Positions 40,649 through 49,942 are shown, numbered from the stretch's first letter. The stretch is 64,000 nt of DNA from Candidatus Micrarchaeota archaeon CG10_big_fil_rev_8_21_14_0_10_45_29 (GCA_002778455.1 PFCD01000005.1:4424-68423), one strand, 5' to 3'. Numbers and translations are program-made. Notes: generated by a model not told the origin, from the sequence alone.

Positions 40649-41731
40649 CTACAAATAATGGGTGGGGTTTTTTTTATTTTTCTTCTTCTCCTCAACGCTT
40701 CTTTGCGCAAAGCCTGCCGGGTCAATGCCGCGCAACCTTAGAATTTGCGCCGTTCTTCCCATAACAAGCGCAGGCGCTCGGGAGAGCTCATCCAAATCCT
40801 TTGCCCCGCACAAAAACATCGCGGTTTTAAGCTGGTTTTTCCATTTCTCCACGTTTTCGCGCGCCTTCTCAGCACGCAAAAACGGCATGGCGGCAGCGCC
40901 CATTTTTGCCCCAAGGCATATTCCTTTTGCAACATCGATTCCGCTTCTCAATCCTCCAGATGCAATGCAGTTCCCAAGAGGGGAAATTTCGGCAATAGCC
41001 GCAGAGGACAAATAGCCCCACTCCTCAAACCCTTCCACTCTTCCCCCTCTCTTATATTCAACCTTGCTCCAGGAAGAGCCGCCGGCGCCGGAGGATTCAA
41101 CATATTTTGCGCCTGCCTCAAATAATTTTTGAGCAACCCCTGCATGAATTCCTGCGCCTGTCTCTTTTAAAATTACAGGTTTTCCCATTTTTTTGCAAAC
41201 ATTTGAAATATTTGAAAACACACCTGCAAAATCTCTCTCCCCTTCCCCCTGCACGCACTCTTGCAAGGCATTAAGATGCACCGCAAGCGCGTCCGCGCCT
41301 ATTTCATCAAGCATTTCCCTTAATTTTTTTGCATCATATTGCCCAAGCTGCGCCGCCCCGACATTTGCAATAATGGGGATATCAGGGGCAATATCCCTTA
41401 ATTTGTAATATTTGCTTTTTTCCTTATCCTCAAGCATCGGGCGAGAGGAGCCAAGCTGCAATGCAATATTTTCCTCCTGCGCGGCTTTTGCAAGCTTTTT
41501 GTTTATCTCATGCCCGCGCGAAGTTCCGCCCGTCATGGCAGAGAAAATAAATGGGGCATCCAAGGTTTTTCCCAAAAACTTTATTTGAGTATTTACCTCA
41601 TCCATATTTATTTCAGGCAATGCATTGTGCAAAAGCTCAATATCCTCAAAGCCGGCGCCACTCTTATATTGCACATCTTCCTCAAGGCATATGTCAATAT
41701 GGGCATCTTTTCTTTTGTCTATCTTTTCCAT
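40649..41731 (-). CDS. fni: Type 2 isopentenyl-diphosphate delta-isomerase
   Basis: RKDAHI, HNALPE, AMTGG, GSSR, ANVG, HLNALQE, KETGAG, GAGGSSW, ASGGLR. Confidence 0.96.
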   Translation of the reverse strand: MEKIDKRKDAHIDICLEEDVQYKSGAGFEDIELLHNALPEINMDEVNTQIKFLGKTLDAPFIFSAMTGGTSRGHEINKKLAKAAQEENIALQLGSSRPMLEDKEKSKYYKLRDIAPDIPIIANVGAAQLGQYDAKKLREMLDEIGADALAVHLNALQECVQGEGERDFAGVFSNISNVCKKMGKPVILKETGAGIHAGVAQKLFEAGAKYVESSGAGGSSWSKVEYKRGGRVEGFEEWGYLSSAAIAEISPLGNCIASGGLRSGIDVAKGICLGAKMGAAAMPFLRAEKARENVEKWKNQLKTAMFLCGAKDLDELSRAPALVMGRTAQILRLRGIDPAGFAQRSVEEKKKNKKNPTHYL

Positions 41732-41893
41732 CAGCTTTGCCTCCTCATTTCATTCGTAGTCAAAGTCTCGCCAACCGACGATTCGGTTGCCGATCAGCTT
41801 TGCCTCCTCATTTCATTCGTAGTCAAAGTCTCGCCAACCGACGATTCGGTTGCCGATCAGCTTTGCCTCCTCATTCTTTATAGTCAAAGTCTG
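41730..41893. repeat. 63-bp tandem repeat (2 identical units plus a degenerate partial third) in the fni 5' leader
   Basis: Units begin at 41730, 41793 and 41856. Each carries a GAGGAGG RBS on the minus strand, and the two full units have a CAACCGA-n4-TCGGTTG hairpin. Confidence 0.92.
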
Positions 41894-42024
41894 GCAAAAA
41901 TGCATTCTGCATTTTTTCCATACCCTCAATTTGGCATTTTCAGTTTAAAAAGAGTGCTATGCCGTCAATAAGCGAAAAAGGAAAAAACTCTATTCTCCTC
42001 ACCAAACCGGATTTTTTCCTTATT

Positions 42025-42969
42025 TTATGCTATTGCAAATGAAGAATAAGCCACAACTTTTTCCTCACTCCCACCAATTTGCTGCCCAGAGTTGGTATAT
42101 TTAAGCAATTTAGCCCTCCTTCCACCAGCCAATTTCGCATATTCAATACCCGCACAAATAGCCCCATAACCACAAATGCTCAAATTCTTTAGCTCAACTT
42201 CACGCGCCAACCCATCATTATCCATGTTTTTTATCATCTCTATTGGCTTTTTATCCAGCATTTTAGCCCTCTCCCCACTCTCATAATGGGTAAAATCACT
42301 TGATGCCACAAACACAAAATTCTTATCCTTAAATTCACTCATCTTCACTGCCTCAAAAGCCGCCCTTCCCACATCTTTTGCAACCTCAATTGTTTGCATT
42401 CCCAAATTAACCGCAACAATTTTTATTTTCGGGTTTATCTTCTGCAAAAAGGGAAGCTGCACCTCCAAAGAGTGCTCGCGCATATGCGCAGTTTCATTTT
42501 TTTCGCAAAATTTACTTCTCTTAATAATTTCCCCGGCAACCCTCAAATCAGTTTCGCTTTTTCCAAGCGGGGTTTTCCATTCCTCAAAAGAAACATTTGC
42601 CAACCCGCCCACCCCGGTATGGTTCGGCCCTGCCATTATAACCGTGGTATTTTCTTTTTTCAGGATGCTTTCCGCCGCAGCATAAGAGTATGCCGCGCAT
42701 TGCCCGGAATACACAAGCCCTGCATGAGGCACAACTATTGCCTTAATATTTTTTTCAAAATCCTTCGCACCAAACTCTTCTTTTTCCTTCCCATCCAAAT
42801 CCAAAATATCTTTTTTTTCCCGCCCGCTTTTCTTTAAGGGCGCCTTTGCCATTTCATTTTTCACATTTTTCAATTCATCCCTTGCTTTTCGCAAATAAGC
42901 ATCCACCATCCTCTCAAGCGCCTGAGCGCTTGCAGGGTAAAAAGTTCCTGCAACAGCCGGATATCTCAT
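42025..42969 (-). CDS. amrB: MEMO1-family protein (AmmeMemoRadiSam system protein B)
   Basis: MRYPAVAGTFYP, VPHAGLVYSG, GPNHTG, EHSLEVQLPFLQ, ASSDFTHY, ICGYG, YTNSG. Confidence 0.93.
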   Translation of the reverse strand: MRYPAVAGTFYPASAQALERMVDAYLRKARDELKNVKNEMAKAPLKKSGREKKDILDLDGKEKEEFGAKDFEKNIKAIVVPHAGLVYSGQCAAYSYAAAESILKKENTTVIMAGPNHTGVGGLANVSFEEWKTPLGKSETDLRVAGEIIKRSKFCEKNETAHMREHSLEVQLPFLQKINPKIKIVAVNLGMQTIEVAKDVGRAAFEAVKMSEFKDKNFVFVASSDFTHYESGERAKMLDKKPIEMIKNMDNDGLAREVELKNLSICGYGAICAGIEYAKLAGGRRAKLLKYTNSGQQIGGSEEKVVAYSSFAIA

Positions 42970-43090
42970 AAAAACTCCTCCAAACCCAAAACCACGCCTG
43001 CCATTTCAAACCCGCCAAAGCCATAAAAATCCTTGCCGAAAATCCAATTCATTGCAGGCAAAACTCTTTGCAGGCGGCAGAATTTTTCCC

Positions 43091-43873
43091 TCAATCCACC
43101 AAAATGGTGTATTTGCTGATATAAATTTGCGCCAGCATAACAATCAAATAAGGCAATATAATAAGCGAATTGAATGCAAGCACAATCCATGATGCAACAA
43201 AGTGCACGTTAAAGGGCAACACATTGTCAAGCAGCCCGAACACAAAAAACAAAATAAAGTCAAGCACGCTCAGAAGAATAAGCGCAACCACAATCCATTC
43301 AAAGACAGCGCGCGGGCTTTTTGCAACCACTCTCAAGCCCCTTTGCAACGCCCTAAAGGCCCTCACATCATCCATCACAAGCGCCGCAGGCATCAAAAGA
43401 AGCCCAAGCCCGACAACAAAATTAAGAATCGGCGCAAGCACTGCCTGCGCATTATATTCATACGCAACAACCTGGATAATGAGCAAAATCATCGTAGCGC
43501 TCAAAAACACCACAAACACCGAATTCGTCATCTGTGCAATGGATTTTATTACTTCCATCTCCAATCTGCGCAAAGTCCTCTGCCTTTTCACAACCAAATT
43601 TATGCCGACAATTGCAAAGCTCATCAAATAAAGAGAAATCAAAAATGACACTCCCATCACAACCACGTCGATTGTGGAGAGGTCCACAATGCTCATGGTG
43701 CGCAAATAAGTGGCGCCAAGTGAAATATATATGGGGTCCGCAGTATTGAGGGCGCTCACAATAAGGGGTATCACAAGCCCCAAAAGCCCGGGCACAGCCG
43801 CAAGCACCAAAAGAGCGAAATTTTTGCGGTAAATGTCCCACGTGTATTTTAAAAGGGATTTTCTTTTATCCAT
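43091..43873 (-). CDS. Hypothetical polytopic membrane protein
   Basis: About 6 hydrophobic helices, with GAGGGG upstream. Confidence 0.75.
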   Translation of the reverse strand: MDKRKSLLKYTWDIYRKNFALLVLAAVPGLLGLVIPLIVSALNTADPIYISLGATYLRTMSIVDLSTIDVVVMGVSFLISLYLMSFAIVGINLVVKRQRTLRRLEMEVIKSIAQMTNSVFVVFLSATMILLIIQVVAYEYNAQAVLAPILNFVVGLGLLLMPAALVMDDVRAFRALQRGLRVVAKSPRAVFEWIVVALILLSVLDFILFFVFGLLDNVLPFNVHFVASWIVLAFNSLIILPYLIVMLAQIYISKYTILVD

Positions 43874-44126
43874 GTTTTCCCCTCAGCCCTCTACTGCTTA
43901 TTACTAATACGCAATAGATTTTAAACCTCACTTGCGCGCAAGTTTTCTCCATTTTCCGGCTTATAACCAAAGCAAGAGCCCAAAACCAAAAAAACAAACA
44001 ACGCTCCTCGCCCGCCCTCCTCTCCCGCCAAGCCAAAACCCGGCTAAAAAGAAAAGCTTTTTTTTGCAAGAAATTAGTTTTCGCGCGCCGGCTCAAGCTT
44101 AAATTCTTCCTTTTCCTATTTTTATT

Positions 44127-44510
44127 ATGGAAAAAATATCCAAAATAAGCATAACCACCATAAAAGAGGCGCAAGAGGCAATAAGGCAAACCGGCGCGTG
44201 CGAGCAGAGCATCCCCATAATGGCTCCAAAGCTTATTTTCATCACCTTAAAGATAAGCGGCATCAGGTGCCCTGTTGCCAACATATTAAAGCAGGAAGCG
44301 CTCTCACTTGGCGCAGACGCCTCAGTGTCTGCCCACGCGGTCAATTGCTCAAAGCCAACAACAGACGCGGTGCTTGCAGGCACCCTCAAGCAACTGAGGC
44401 AATTGGCAGTAAAGCTCAAAATGCAGGGCTACGGAATCCCAAAGCCCGCATCAGATGATTATGCCGCCCTTGCGCAAGAGCTCTCGGCAATGCTTTCAAA
44501 ATACAAATAA
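44127..44510 (+). CDS. Free-standing domain resembling the N-terminal extension of long-form dihydropteroate synthases
   Basis: IMAPK...ANILKQEALSLGADA...TDAVLAGTLKQL..L..KLKMQGYG, recalled from the N-termini of long FolP proteins. No pterin-binding barrel is present. Confidence 0.6.
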   Translation: MEKISKISITTIKEAQEAIRQTGACEQSIPIMAPKLIFITLKISGIRCPVANILKQEALSLGADASVSAHAVNCSKPTTDAVLAGTLKQLRQLAVKLKMQGYGIPKPASDDYAALAQELSAMLSKYK

Positions 44511-44582
44511 AAAAATAAAATTTACCATGCGCTTTATTAATATTGGCAAGCAACATCAATTTGCTGGTTTGAGGTATTTTTC

Positions 44583-45317
44583 ATGAGCAAGAGCGAAAAA
44601 AACTTTGCCAAAGAGCATGCTTTGCTCTTTACAATACTTTTTGCAATAGTTGCCATACTTGCCTCATTTGTGCACCTCTCAAAGCTTTGGGGCGCCGAGG
44701 GGCAGACATTCACCCTCTTCGAATTCATAGGCCCCCTGCCGGCTGCAATTTTGGGCCCGTTTCTTGGAATACTCGCCATTCTGGTGGCAAAAATAGCAAC
44801 AACCATATATTCCGGGGCTCCGCTTGATTATGTCACCTTCCTGCGCTTTTTGCCGGTTCTTTTTGCAGCATACTTTTTCGCCAAATACAAGGACTCTTCC
44901 AAATATTCCAATTTTCTGCAGGCATCAATCCCACTCCTCTGCATCCTTCTCTTCGCAATCCACCCCGTGGGCTCTCAGGCGTGGTTGTTTTCACTTTACT
45001 GGCTAATACCTCCCATAACAATACTTTTGCTTCCAAGAAACCTTTTTTTCCGCAGCCTTTCAGCCACCTTTACCCAGCACGCGATAGGGGGGGTGATATG
45101 GATATATTTTGTAAACCCCGGCACCCCAGAGAGCTGGCTTCTCCTTATTCCGTTGGTGGCGATAGAGCGCCTTGTTTTCGCAGTAGGCATAGCGCTCAGC
45201 TATATGGGTTCAATGAAAACTTTGCACCTTCTGAAAAATTCCGCAATATTTCGCCTGCGCACAGATGCGCCCCTGCCCTCTCACCAGCCACATCCGGGCA
45301 AAAAAGAAAAACACTAG
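44583..45317 (+). CDS. Membrane protein resembling an ECF transporter S-component
   Basis: GAGGT RBS, 6-8 TM helices, FIGPLPAAILGPFLGILA. Confidence 0.55.
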   Translation: MSKSEKNFAKEHALLFTILFAIVAILASFVHLSKLWGAEGQTFTLFEFIGPLPAAILGPFLGILAILVAKIATTIYSGAPLDYVTFLRFLPVLFAAYFFAKYKDSSKYSNFLQASIPLLCILLFAIHPVGSQAWLFSLYWLIPPITILLLPRNLFFRSLSATFTQHAIGGVIWIYFVNPGTPESWLLLIPLVAIERLVFAVGIALSYMGSMKTLHLLKNSAIFRLRTDAPLPSHQPHPGKKEKH

Positions 45318-45357
45318 CCCATCAAAAAATCAAAAAACCCCCCCTCCACAACTCCTG

Positions 45358-45521
45358 CAAATTTTGCAAAGCCCGCAATAAAAACCAGCCAGCCAAAATT
45401 TGCAAAGCCCGCAATAAAAACCAGCCAGCCAAATTTTGCAAAGCCCGCAATAAAAACCAGCCAGCCAAATTTTGCAAAGCCCGCAATAAACAACAGCCAG
45501 CCAAAATTTGCAAAGCCCGCA
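45358..45521. repeat. 36-bp tandem repeat, about 4.5 copies (caaa[a/t]tttgcaaagcccgcaataaaaaccagccagc)
   Basis: Units at 45358, 45394, 45430, 45466 and a partial unit at 45502. Contiguous, no spacers. Confidence 0.93.
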
Positions 45522-45631
45522 CAAAAAAAGAAAAAGAATAAGCCCGCAAATTAAAAATTATTTTTTTTAGGAGTTTTCAGGTTTTTCCCTCTCTTAAAAA
45601 GTTTTATAAATTACCCCTGTGTCCCAACTTC

Positions 45632-47740
45632 ATGGAGCCTTATCTGATAGAAGTATCCTCTGAAGCCGGAAGAAAAGTGGGGGGCATATACACCGTATTG
45701 CGAAGCAAAGCCCGCTATTCTGCGATGAATTTTACAAACCGCTACATGTTTATCGGCTTTTATGACGAGAGATGCGCGCACGACGTAAAATTCTCTTCCC
45801 CTCCAAAGGAGATGGCGCTAATTTTCGAATCCCTTGCAAAAAAAGGCATTTTCTGCCATTACGGAAACTGGATATATGGCGCAAACACCCCTATAATTTT
45901 GGTGGATGCAAAAAATTTCTCCCAAAAAAACGTGCAATACGAGGACGGAGGGTTTACTAAGAACGATTTGCAGGTAAATTATATCAAATTCATATTATGG
46001 AAAGAATTCGGAATAGACTCCCTTATGGAGCGCTCGTATGACTTTGGCGAAAACGTTGCCTGGGGCTGGGCTGTGGGCATGCTGCTTGAGCAGCTTTGCA
46101 AAATCCCCCCCTTCTCCTCATCAAAAGCAATAGCTCATTTTCATGAATGGATATGCGGCTCGGCTCTTCTTTATGCCTGCCTCAAAAACATTCCCTGCTC
46201 CACCGTATTCACCACGCACGCGACCGTATTGGGGCGCAGCCTCTGCGCAAGCGGGGCGGATGTGCTAAAAAAGGCGCAAGAATCATCCGAGCCTATAGAA
46301 ATTTCAGAGGCTTACCGCCTCAAAGTCGAGGGAAAGCACCAGCTTGAGATGGCGGCTGCAAAAAAATGCCACGTCTTCTCAACAGTCTCGGAATCTGTGG
46401 CGCAAGAGGTGCGCTACATACTTGGAAAATACCCTGACGCAATCCTTCTTAACGGCCTTGACCTTGAGGATGCAAAAAAGGAATTTCAGGTGCGCAACAT
46501 CTCAAAATATGTGCGAGAGGAGCTTTTGCAGTTTGCCCAGTCTCTTTTTGCCCCATACTACCAGTCACGCTTTGACAACGCACTGCTTGTTTTCACTTCG
46601 GGAAGATACGAATTTACCAATAAGGGCTTTGACATCTTCATAAGCGCACTTGGCAAATTAAATTCCCAGCTAAAAAAAGAGGGGCAAAAAAAGCAAAAGC
46701 AGGTAATAGCATTCATATTCGCCCCATCAGCAACACGCGGGCCGAAAATTTCAATTATAAAAAATTACCTTTTGCTTGATAAAATAACCGAAATATTAAA
46801 TTCAGTGCCTTCCGCAAGCCAGCAGCCCCATTACCCGAACGCACTCTCCCGCATAGAAGATGTAAAAAGCTCGCTAAAGCGGGAGCTTCTTGCAATGCAT
46901 TCTGCCCTCATAAAAGACGGCCCCCTTCCCCCGGCATGCGCCTTTGAGCTCAACTATTCGCACGATGAAGTTTTATCCGCATGCAAAAGAGCCGGGCTTG
47001 ATAATAAAGAAGAGGATGCGGTAAAAATAATATTCTATCCCTCCTACCTAAAGCCCAACGACGGGCTTCTAAACCTGCCATATGATGACGTTATTTCCGG
47101 CATGGATGCCGGAATTTTCCCCTCCCGCTACGAGCCGTTCGGCTACACTCCGCTTGAAGCAGGATTGCGCCTGAACATCGCAGTATCAACAGATGCCGCA
47201 GGATTCGGGCGCTACCTCCTCTCAAAGCAAAACCTTGAGAAAAGGGGCGTAAAAATCCTAAAGCTTTCAGGCGGGGCTTCCCACTCATCAGATGAGCTTG
47301 CGCAATATGTGAAAATGCTTTATACGGCAGAGCCGAGCGAGCTTGAGAGCCTGAAGCAGGATTCTTTCCAGCTTATGCACCTCTTTGACTGGAAAATATT
47401 AATTTCAAATTACCTAAAGGCTTATGATTTGGCATCCGAGCGCTTTTCGCACCCTGGCAAAAGCTCCCCCTCTCTCCAGCCCCCCCGCCCCCTGCTCGCA
47501 GGCTCAAAAAAAATGGCAATAGCCGCATCTGCGCACCATGGGCTTGTGCCATATAAAGAAAAATCACACGCCCTGCAAATAAGCGCAAGCATAAAAATTC
47601 CGGCAAAAAATAAAAAGCCCGCAATAGCAAATTTGAAGAAAAAGCTCTCCTCATCAAAAGTTTCCCCTCTTGCAAAAGCGCGCAAAAAGCCAGCAAAGAA
47701 AAGAAACTCTTCCAAAAAGAAAAGCCGCAAAAAGAACTAA
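45632..47740 (+). CDS. Glycogen synthase, GT3 family, with Lys-rich C-terminal tail
   Basis: EVSSEAGRKVGGIYTVL, AHFHEW, VFTTHATVLGR, FSTVSE, NGL, FTSGRYEFTNKGFD, FPSRYEPFGYTPLEA. Confidence 0.9.
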   Translation: MEPYLIEVSSEAGRKVGGIYTVLRSKARYSAMNFTNRYMFIGFYDERCAHDVKFSSPPKEMALIFESLAKKGIFCHYGNWIYGANTPIILVDAKNFSQKNVQYEDGGFTKNDLQVNYIKFILWKEFGIDSLMERSYDFGENVAWGWAVGMLLEQLCKIPPFSSSKAIAHFHEWICGSALLYACLKNIPCSTVFTTHATVLGRSLCASGADVLKKAQESSEPIEISEAYRLKVEGKHQLEMAAAKKCHVFSTVSESVAQEVRYILGKYPDAILLNGLDLEDAKKEFQVRNISKYVREELLQFAQSLFAPYYQSRFDNALLVFTSGRYEFTNKGFDIFISALGKLNSQLKKEGQKKQKQVIAFIFAPSATRGPKISIIKNYLLLDKITEILNSVPSASQQPHYPNALSRIEDVKSSLKRELLAMHSALIKDGPLPPACAFELNYSHDEVLSACKRAGLDNKEEDAVKIIFYPSYLKPNDGLLNLPYDDVISGMDAGIFPSRYEPFGYTPLEAGLRLNIAVSTDAAGFGRYLLSKQNLEKRGVKILKLSGGASHSSDELAQYVKMLYTAEPSELESLKQDSFQLMHLFDWKILISNYLKAYDLASERFSHPGKSSPSLQPPRPLLAGSKKMAIAASAHHGLVPYKEKSHALQISASIKIPAKNKKPAIANLKKKLSSSKVSPLAKARKKPAKKRNSSKKKSRKKN

Positions 47741-47779
47741 CCGGGCAAAAGAAAAAGAGATGCGGGAAAGGAAAAAAAA

Positions 47780-48181
47780 TTATTGCACTATTCCCTTAAC
47801 AGGGCTTTTCATGCTGTCTTTTGAGGCAACCGCTTCCAAATCCCTCTCAACAACCTCTATTTTCTCTTTCGCCTTAAGCAGCTCGCTTTGCAGGGCGCCT
47901 GTATCTGCATTCTCATAATTCGCTCCCTTCACATTTTCAATATGTGTCTGCGCCTTGCTTAATTTGGTTATTATATTTTTTTCAACATCTGCATCAGCAA
48001 CTTTTCCCATCTTTACCTCTTTCACAAGCGAGTCCGCCCTCTTCTCGCACATCGTTGCCTCAACAAGTATCTTCCCCTTAAGCTCGTTAGGGACCCTTTT
48101 GGTGCAACCGTTGCTTCCAAAAACAGAAAATCCAACCATTGTCCCGATAACAACCTTTGCCATTATATTTGAACCTTTCAT
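47780..48181 (-). CDS. Hypothetical lipoprotein-like helical protein
   Basis: GGTGGGAG RBS, hydrophobic N-terminus ending GSNGC, then an amphipathic helical region. Confidence 0.55.
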   Translation of the reverse strand: MKGSNIMAKVVIGTMVGFSVFGSNGCTKRVPNELKGKILVEATMCEKRADSLVKEVKMGKVADADVEKNIITKLSKAQTHIENVKGANYENADTGALQSELLKAKEKIEVVERDLEAVASKDSMKSPVKGIVQ

Positions 48182-48223
48182 GCTCCCACCTTGTTTCTCT
48201 TATGCTCTTTAATGCTTTTAACC

Positions 48224-48805
48224 CTAAGTTTCCCTCAAAAGGGTTGCCAACTGCCAGTCATTCTCAAACATTTGCGCATATTCGCGCACCGCCTCCCCCT
48301 CTATAACCGCCCCGGCTTCCCTATTGCTATCAACCGCCGATTTTGAGAAATTAATCGAGCCCACAAGCGCCCTCTTCCCGTCCAAGAGCATCATCTTGGA
48401 ATGCGTAAGCTTAAACCCGGCAGATGCCCACCTCACAAGCACCCCTCCCTCAACAAGCGCCCCTGAAATTTCATCCAAATTATAAGAATTAACCCTTCCT
48501 TCCAAAATAACCCTCACTCTCACTCCCCTGCCGGCAGCCGTCACAAGCTCGCGCGCAATTTCCTCATTTGTAAATACATACATCTGGACATCTATGCTCT
48601 CTTGCGCAGAGCGTATCATTCCTATTATTTCCCCAGAGCTTCCGGGGGAAAAAACAGGCTCCACCTGCGCGCATCCCTCATTTTCAAAAAAAGAAACCCC
48701 TTGCCCGGAAAAAGAAAATTCCTGAGGAAAAAAAGAGGCTATAAAAAGAAAAATAATGGCACATGCGGCAATTCCGCCAAAAAACCCCCTCATCAAATCC
48801 TGCAT
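48224..48805 (-). CDS. Membrane-anchored phospholipase D-family protein with one HKD motif (Nuc endonuclease-like)
   Basis: N-terminal TM, AQESIDVQMYVFT, RGVRVRVI, THSKMMLLDG (HxKxxxxD), GSINFS, NRE. Confidence 0.88.
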   Translation of the reverse strand: MQDLMRGFFGGIAACAIIFLFIASFFPQEFSFSGQGVSFFENEGCAQVEPVFSPGSSGEIIGMIRSAQESIDVQMYVFTNEEIARELVTAAGRGVRVRVILEGRVNSYNLDEISGALVEGGVLVRWASAGFKLTHSKMMLLDGKRALVGSINFSKSAVDSNREAGAVIEGEAVREYAQMFENDWQLATLLRET

Positions 48806-48901
48806 AATCCGCCCACCATTTTTTTACGGCTTTTATGAAAAATAAATGCGCCGCCTATTTCCCTATTTGCCGCAAAATGCAAAAATTTTATTTCCGGCAA
48901 A

Positions 48902-49942
48902 TTATATGAGCTTTATAAGCCCCCGCCCCACCTCATTCAAATCCGCCCCAAAGAGGGCGCCTGTCTGGCGTATGAAAGTAAATGTAATAATAAGCGAGAC
49001 CATCGGCAAAAACAGCGCCTGCATATAAAAGAGGGGCAAAAAGTTTTTTGCCTTCTCTATAAATTCACTGATTTCCCCAGAGCTTCCCTGCACGCTTGCA
49101 GAAGCTATTATCATATCCGCCGAATCAAAGCCCCCCTCATACCTCTCAACATCCAAAAGAGCCGGGGGGGCAAATGTTGTGCAAAAAGAGCTTCCCGGAG
49201 GCTGAAGCGTCATCAGCATTGCAATTGTAATCGGATATACTGCAAAAAACCCGAATCCCATTGCAAGCAGCATTCCGCCCGCGCCTCTTGTAAATGGCAG
49301 TATTCTTAGCACAAGCCCAAGCTGTATAAGCACCGGCCCGACATACTTTATCAAAGAGAGAAAATTTATCTGCAGCCAGTGAAGAAGCAGCAGGAAATTT
49401 ATATGCCCTGCCAAATATTCCAAAAAGCTTGAATAAACCGTGCTATACCATCCGCCAACCATCTCCACTCCCAGCGTTTCGGTCTTTAGCGCCCCGATAA
49501 ACTTATAGAAAAAGTTTATGGCATACGCCACCCTGTAAATTATTATCTCACAGTCAATCATCGTCTCCTTCAAAAACACCTGCGCAAAAACAAATGGGTC
49601 AAAGCGCGCCCCCGCGCTATGCCCTGCGGCAAACGCGGGATAAGCCAAATACATCTCAGATGCCACATCCACCATCGTATTCCATGCCAAATTCATAAGA
49701 AGCACAAGCGCCCAAACAAGCAGAAACGTCACTATTACCTGCATGTATTCCCCTCTTGCCCATGCGCGCAAAGAAGGAATGTTAAATGAAATTCCTGCCA
49801 TATGCACAAGCACGACAATAAATAGCGCGGCAAGCCCCAGCACAGGTATGTTATTGCTCCACGCAACCCAGCTTTGGCTGTTCATAATCTGCTGCAAGAA
49901 AGCATCGTTTGCAACCACACTAGCCGTTGAATACATTAGCAA
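48902..49942 (-). CDS. Polytopic membrane protein, paralog 6 of 6 in the array (CedA/VirB6-like core)
   Basis: AWARGEYMQ; LGLVLRILPFTRGAGGMLLAMGFGFFAVYP; C-terminal FLPMVSL...FGADL...LIKLI. Confidence 0.8.
   Translation of the reverse strand: MLMYSTASVVANDAFLQQIMNSQSWVAWSNNIPVLGLAALFIVVLVHMAGISFNIPSLRAWARGEYMQVIVTFLLVWALVLLMNLAWNTMVDVASEMYLAYPAFAAGHSAGARFDPFVFAQVFLKETMIDCEIIIYRVAYAINFFYKFIGALKTETLGVEMVGGWYSTVYSSFLEYLAGHINFLLLLHWLQINFLSLIKYVGPVLIQLGLVLRILPFTRGAGGMLLAMGFGFFAVYPITIAMLMTLQPPGSSFCTTFAPPALLDVERYEGGFDSADMIIASASVQGSSGEISEFIEKAKNFLPLFYMQALFLPMVSLIITFTFIRQTGALFGADLNEVGRGLIKLI

Noticed and set aside
41730-41893. 63-bp period repeat as a mini-CRISPR
   Set aside because: The would-be spacers are identical and the unit includes the fni RBS, so it is a tandem duplication.
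45358-45521. 36-bp repeats as a CRISPR array
   Set aside because: The units are contiguous with no unique spacers, and no cas genes are in the window.
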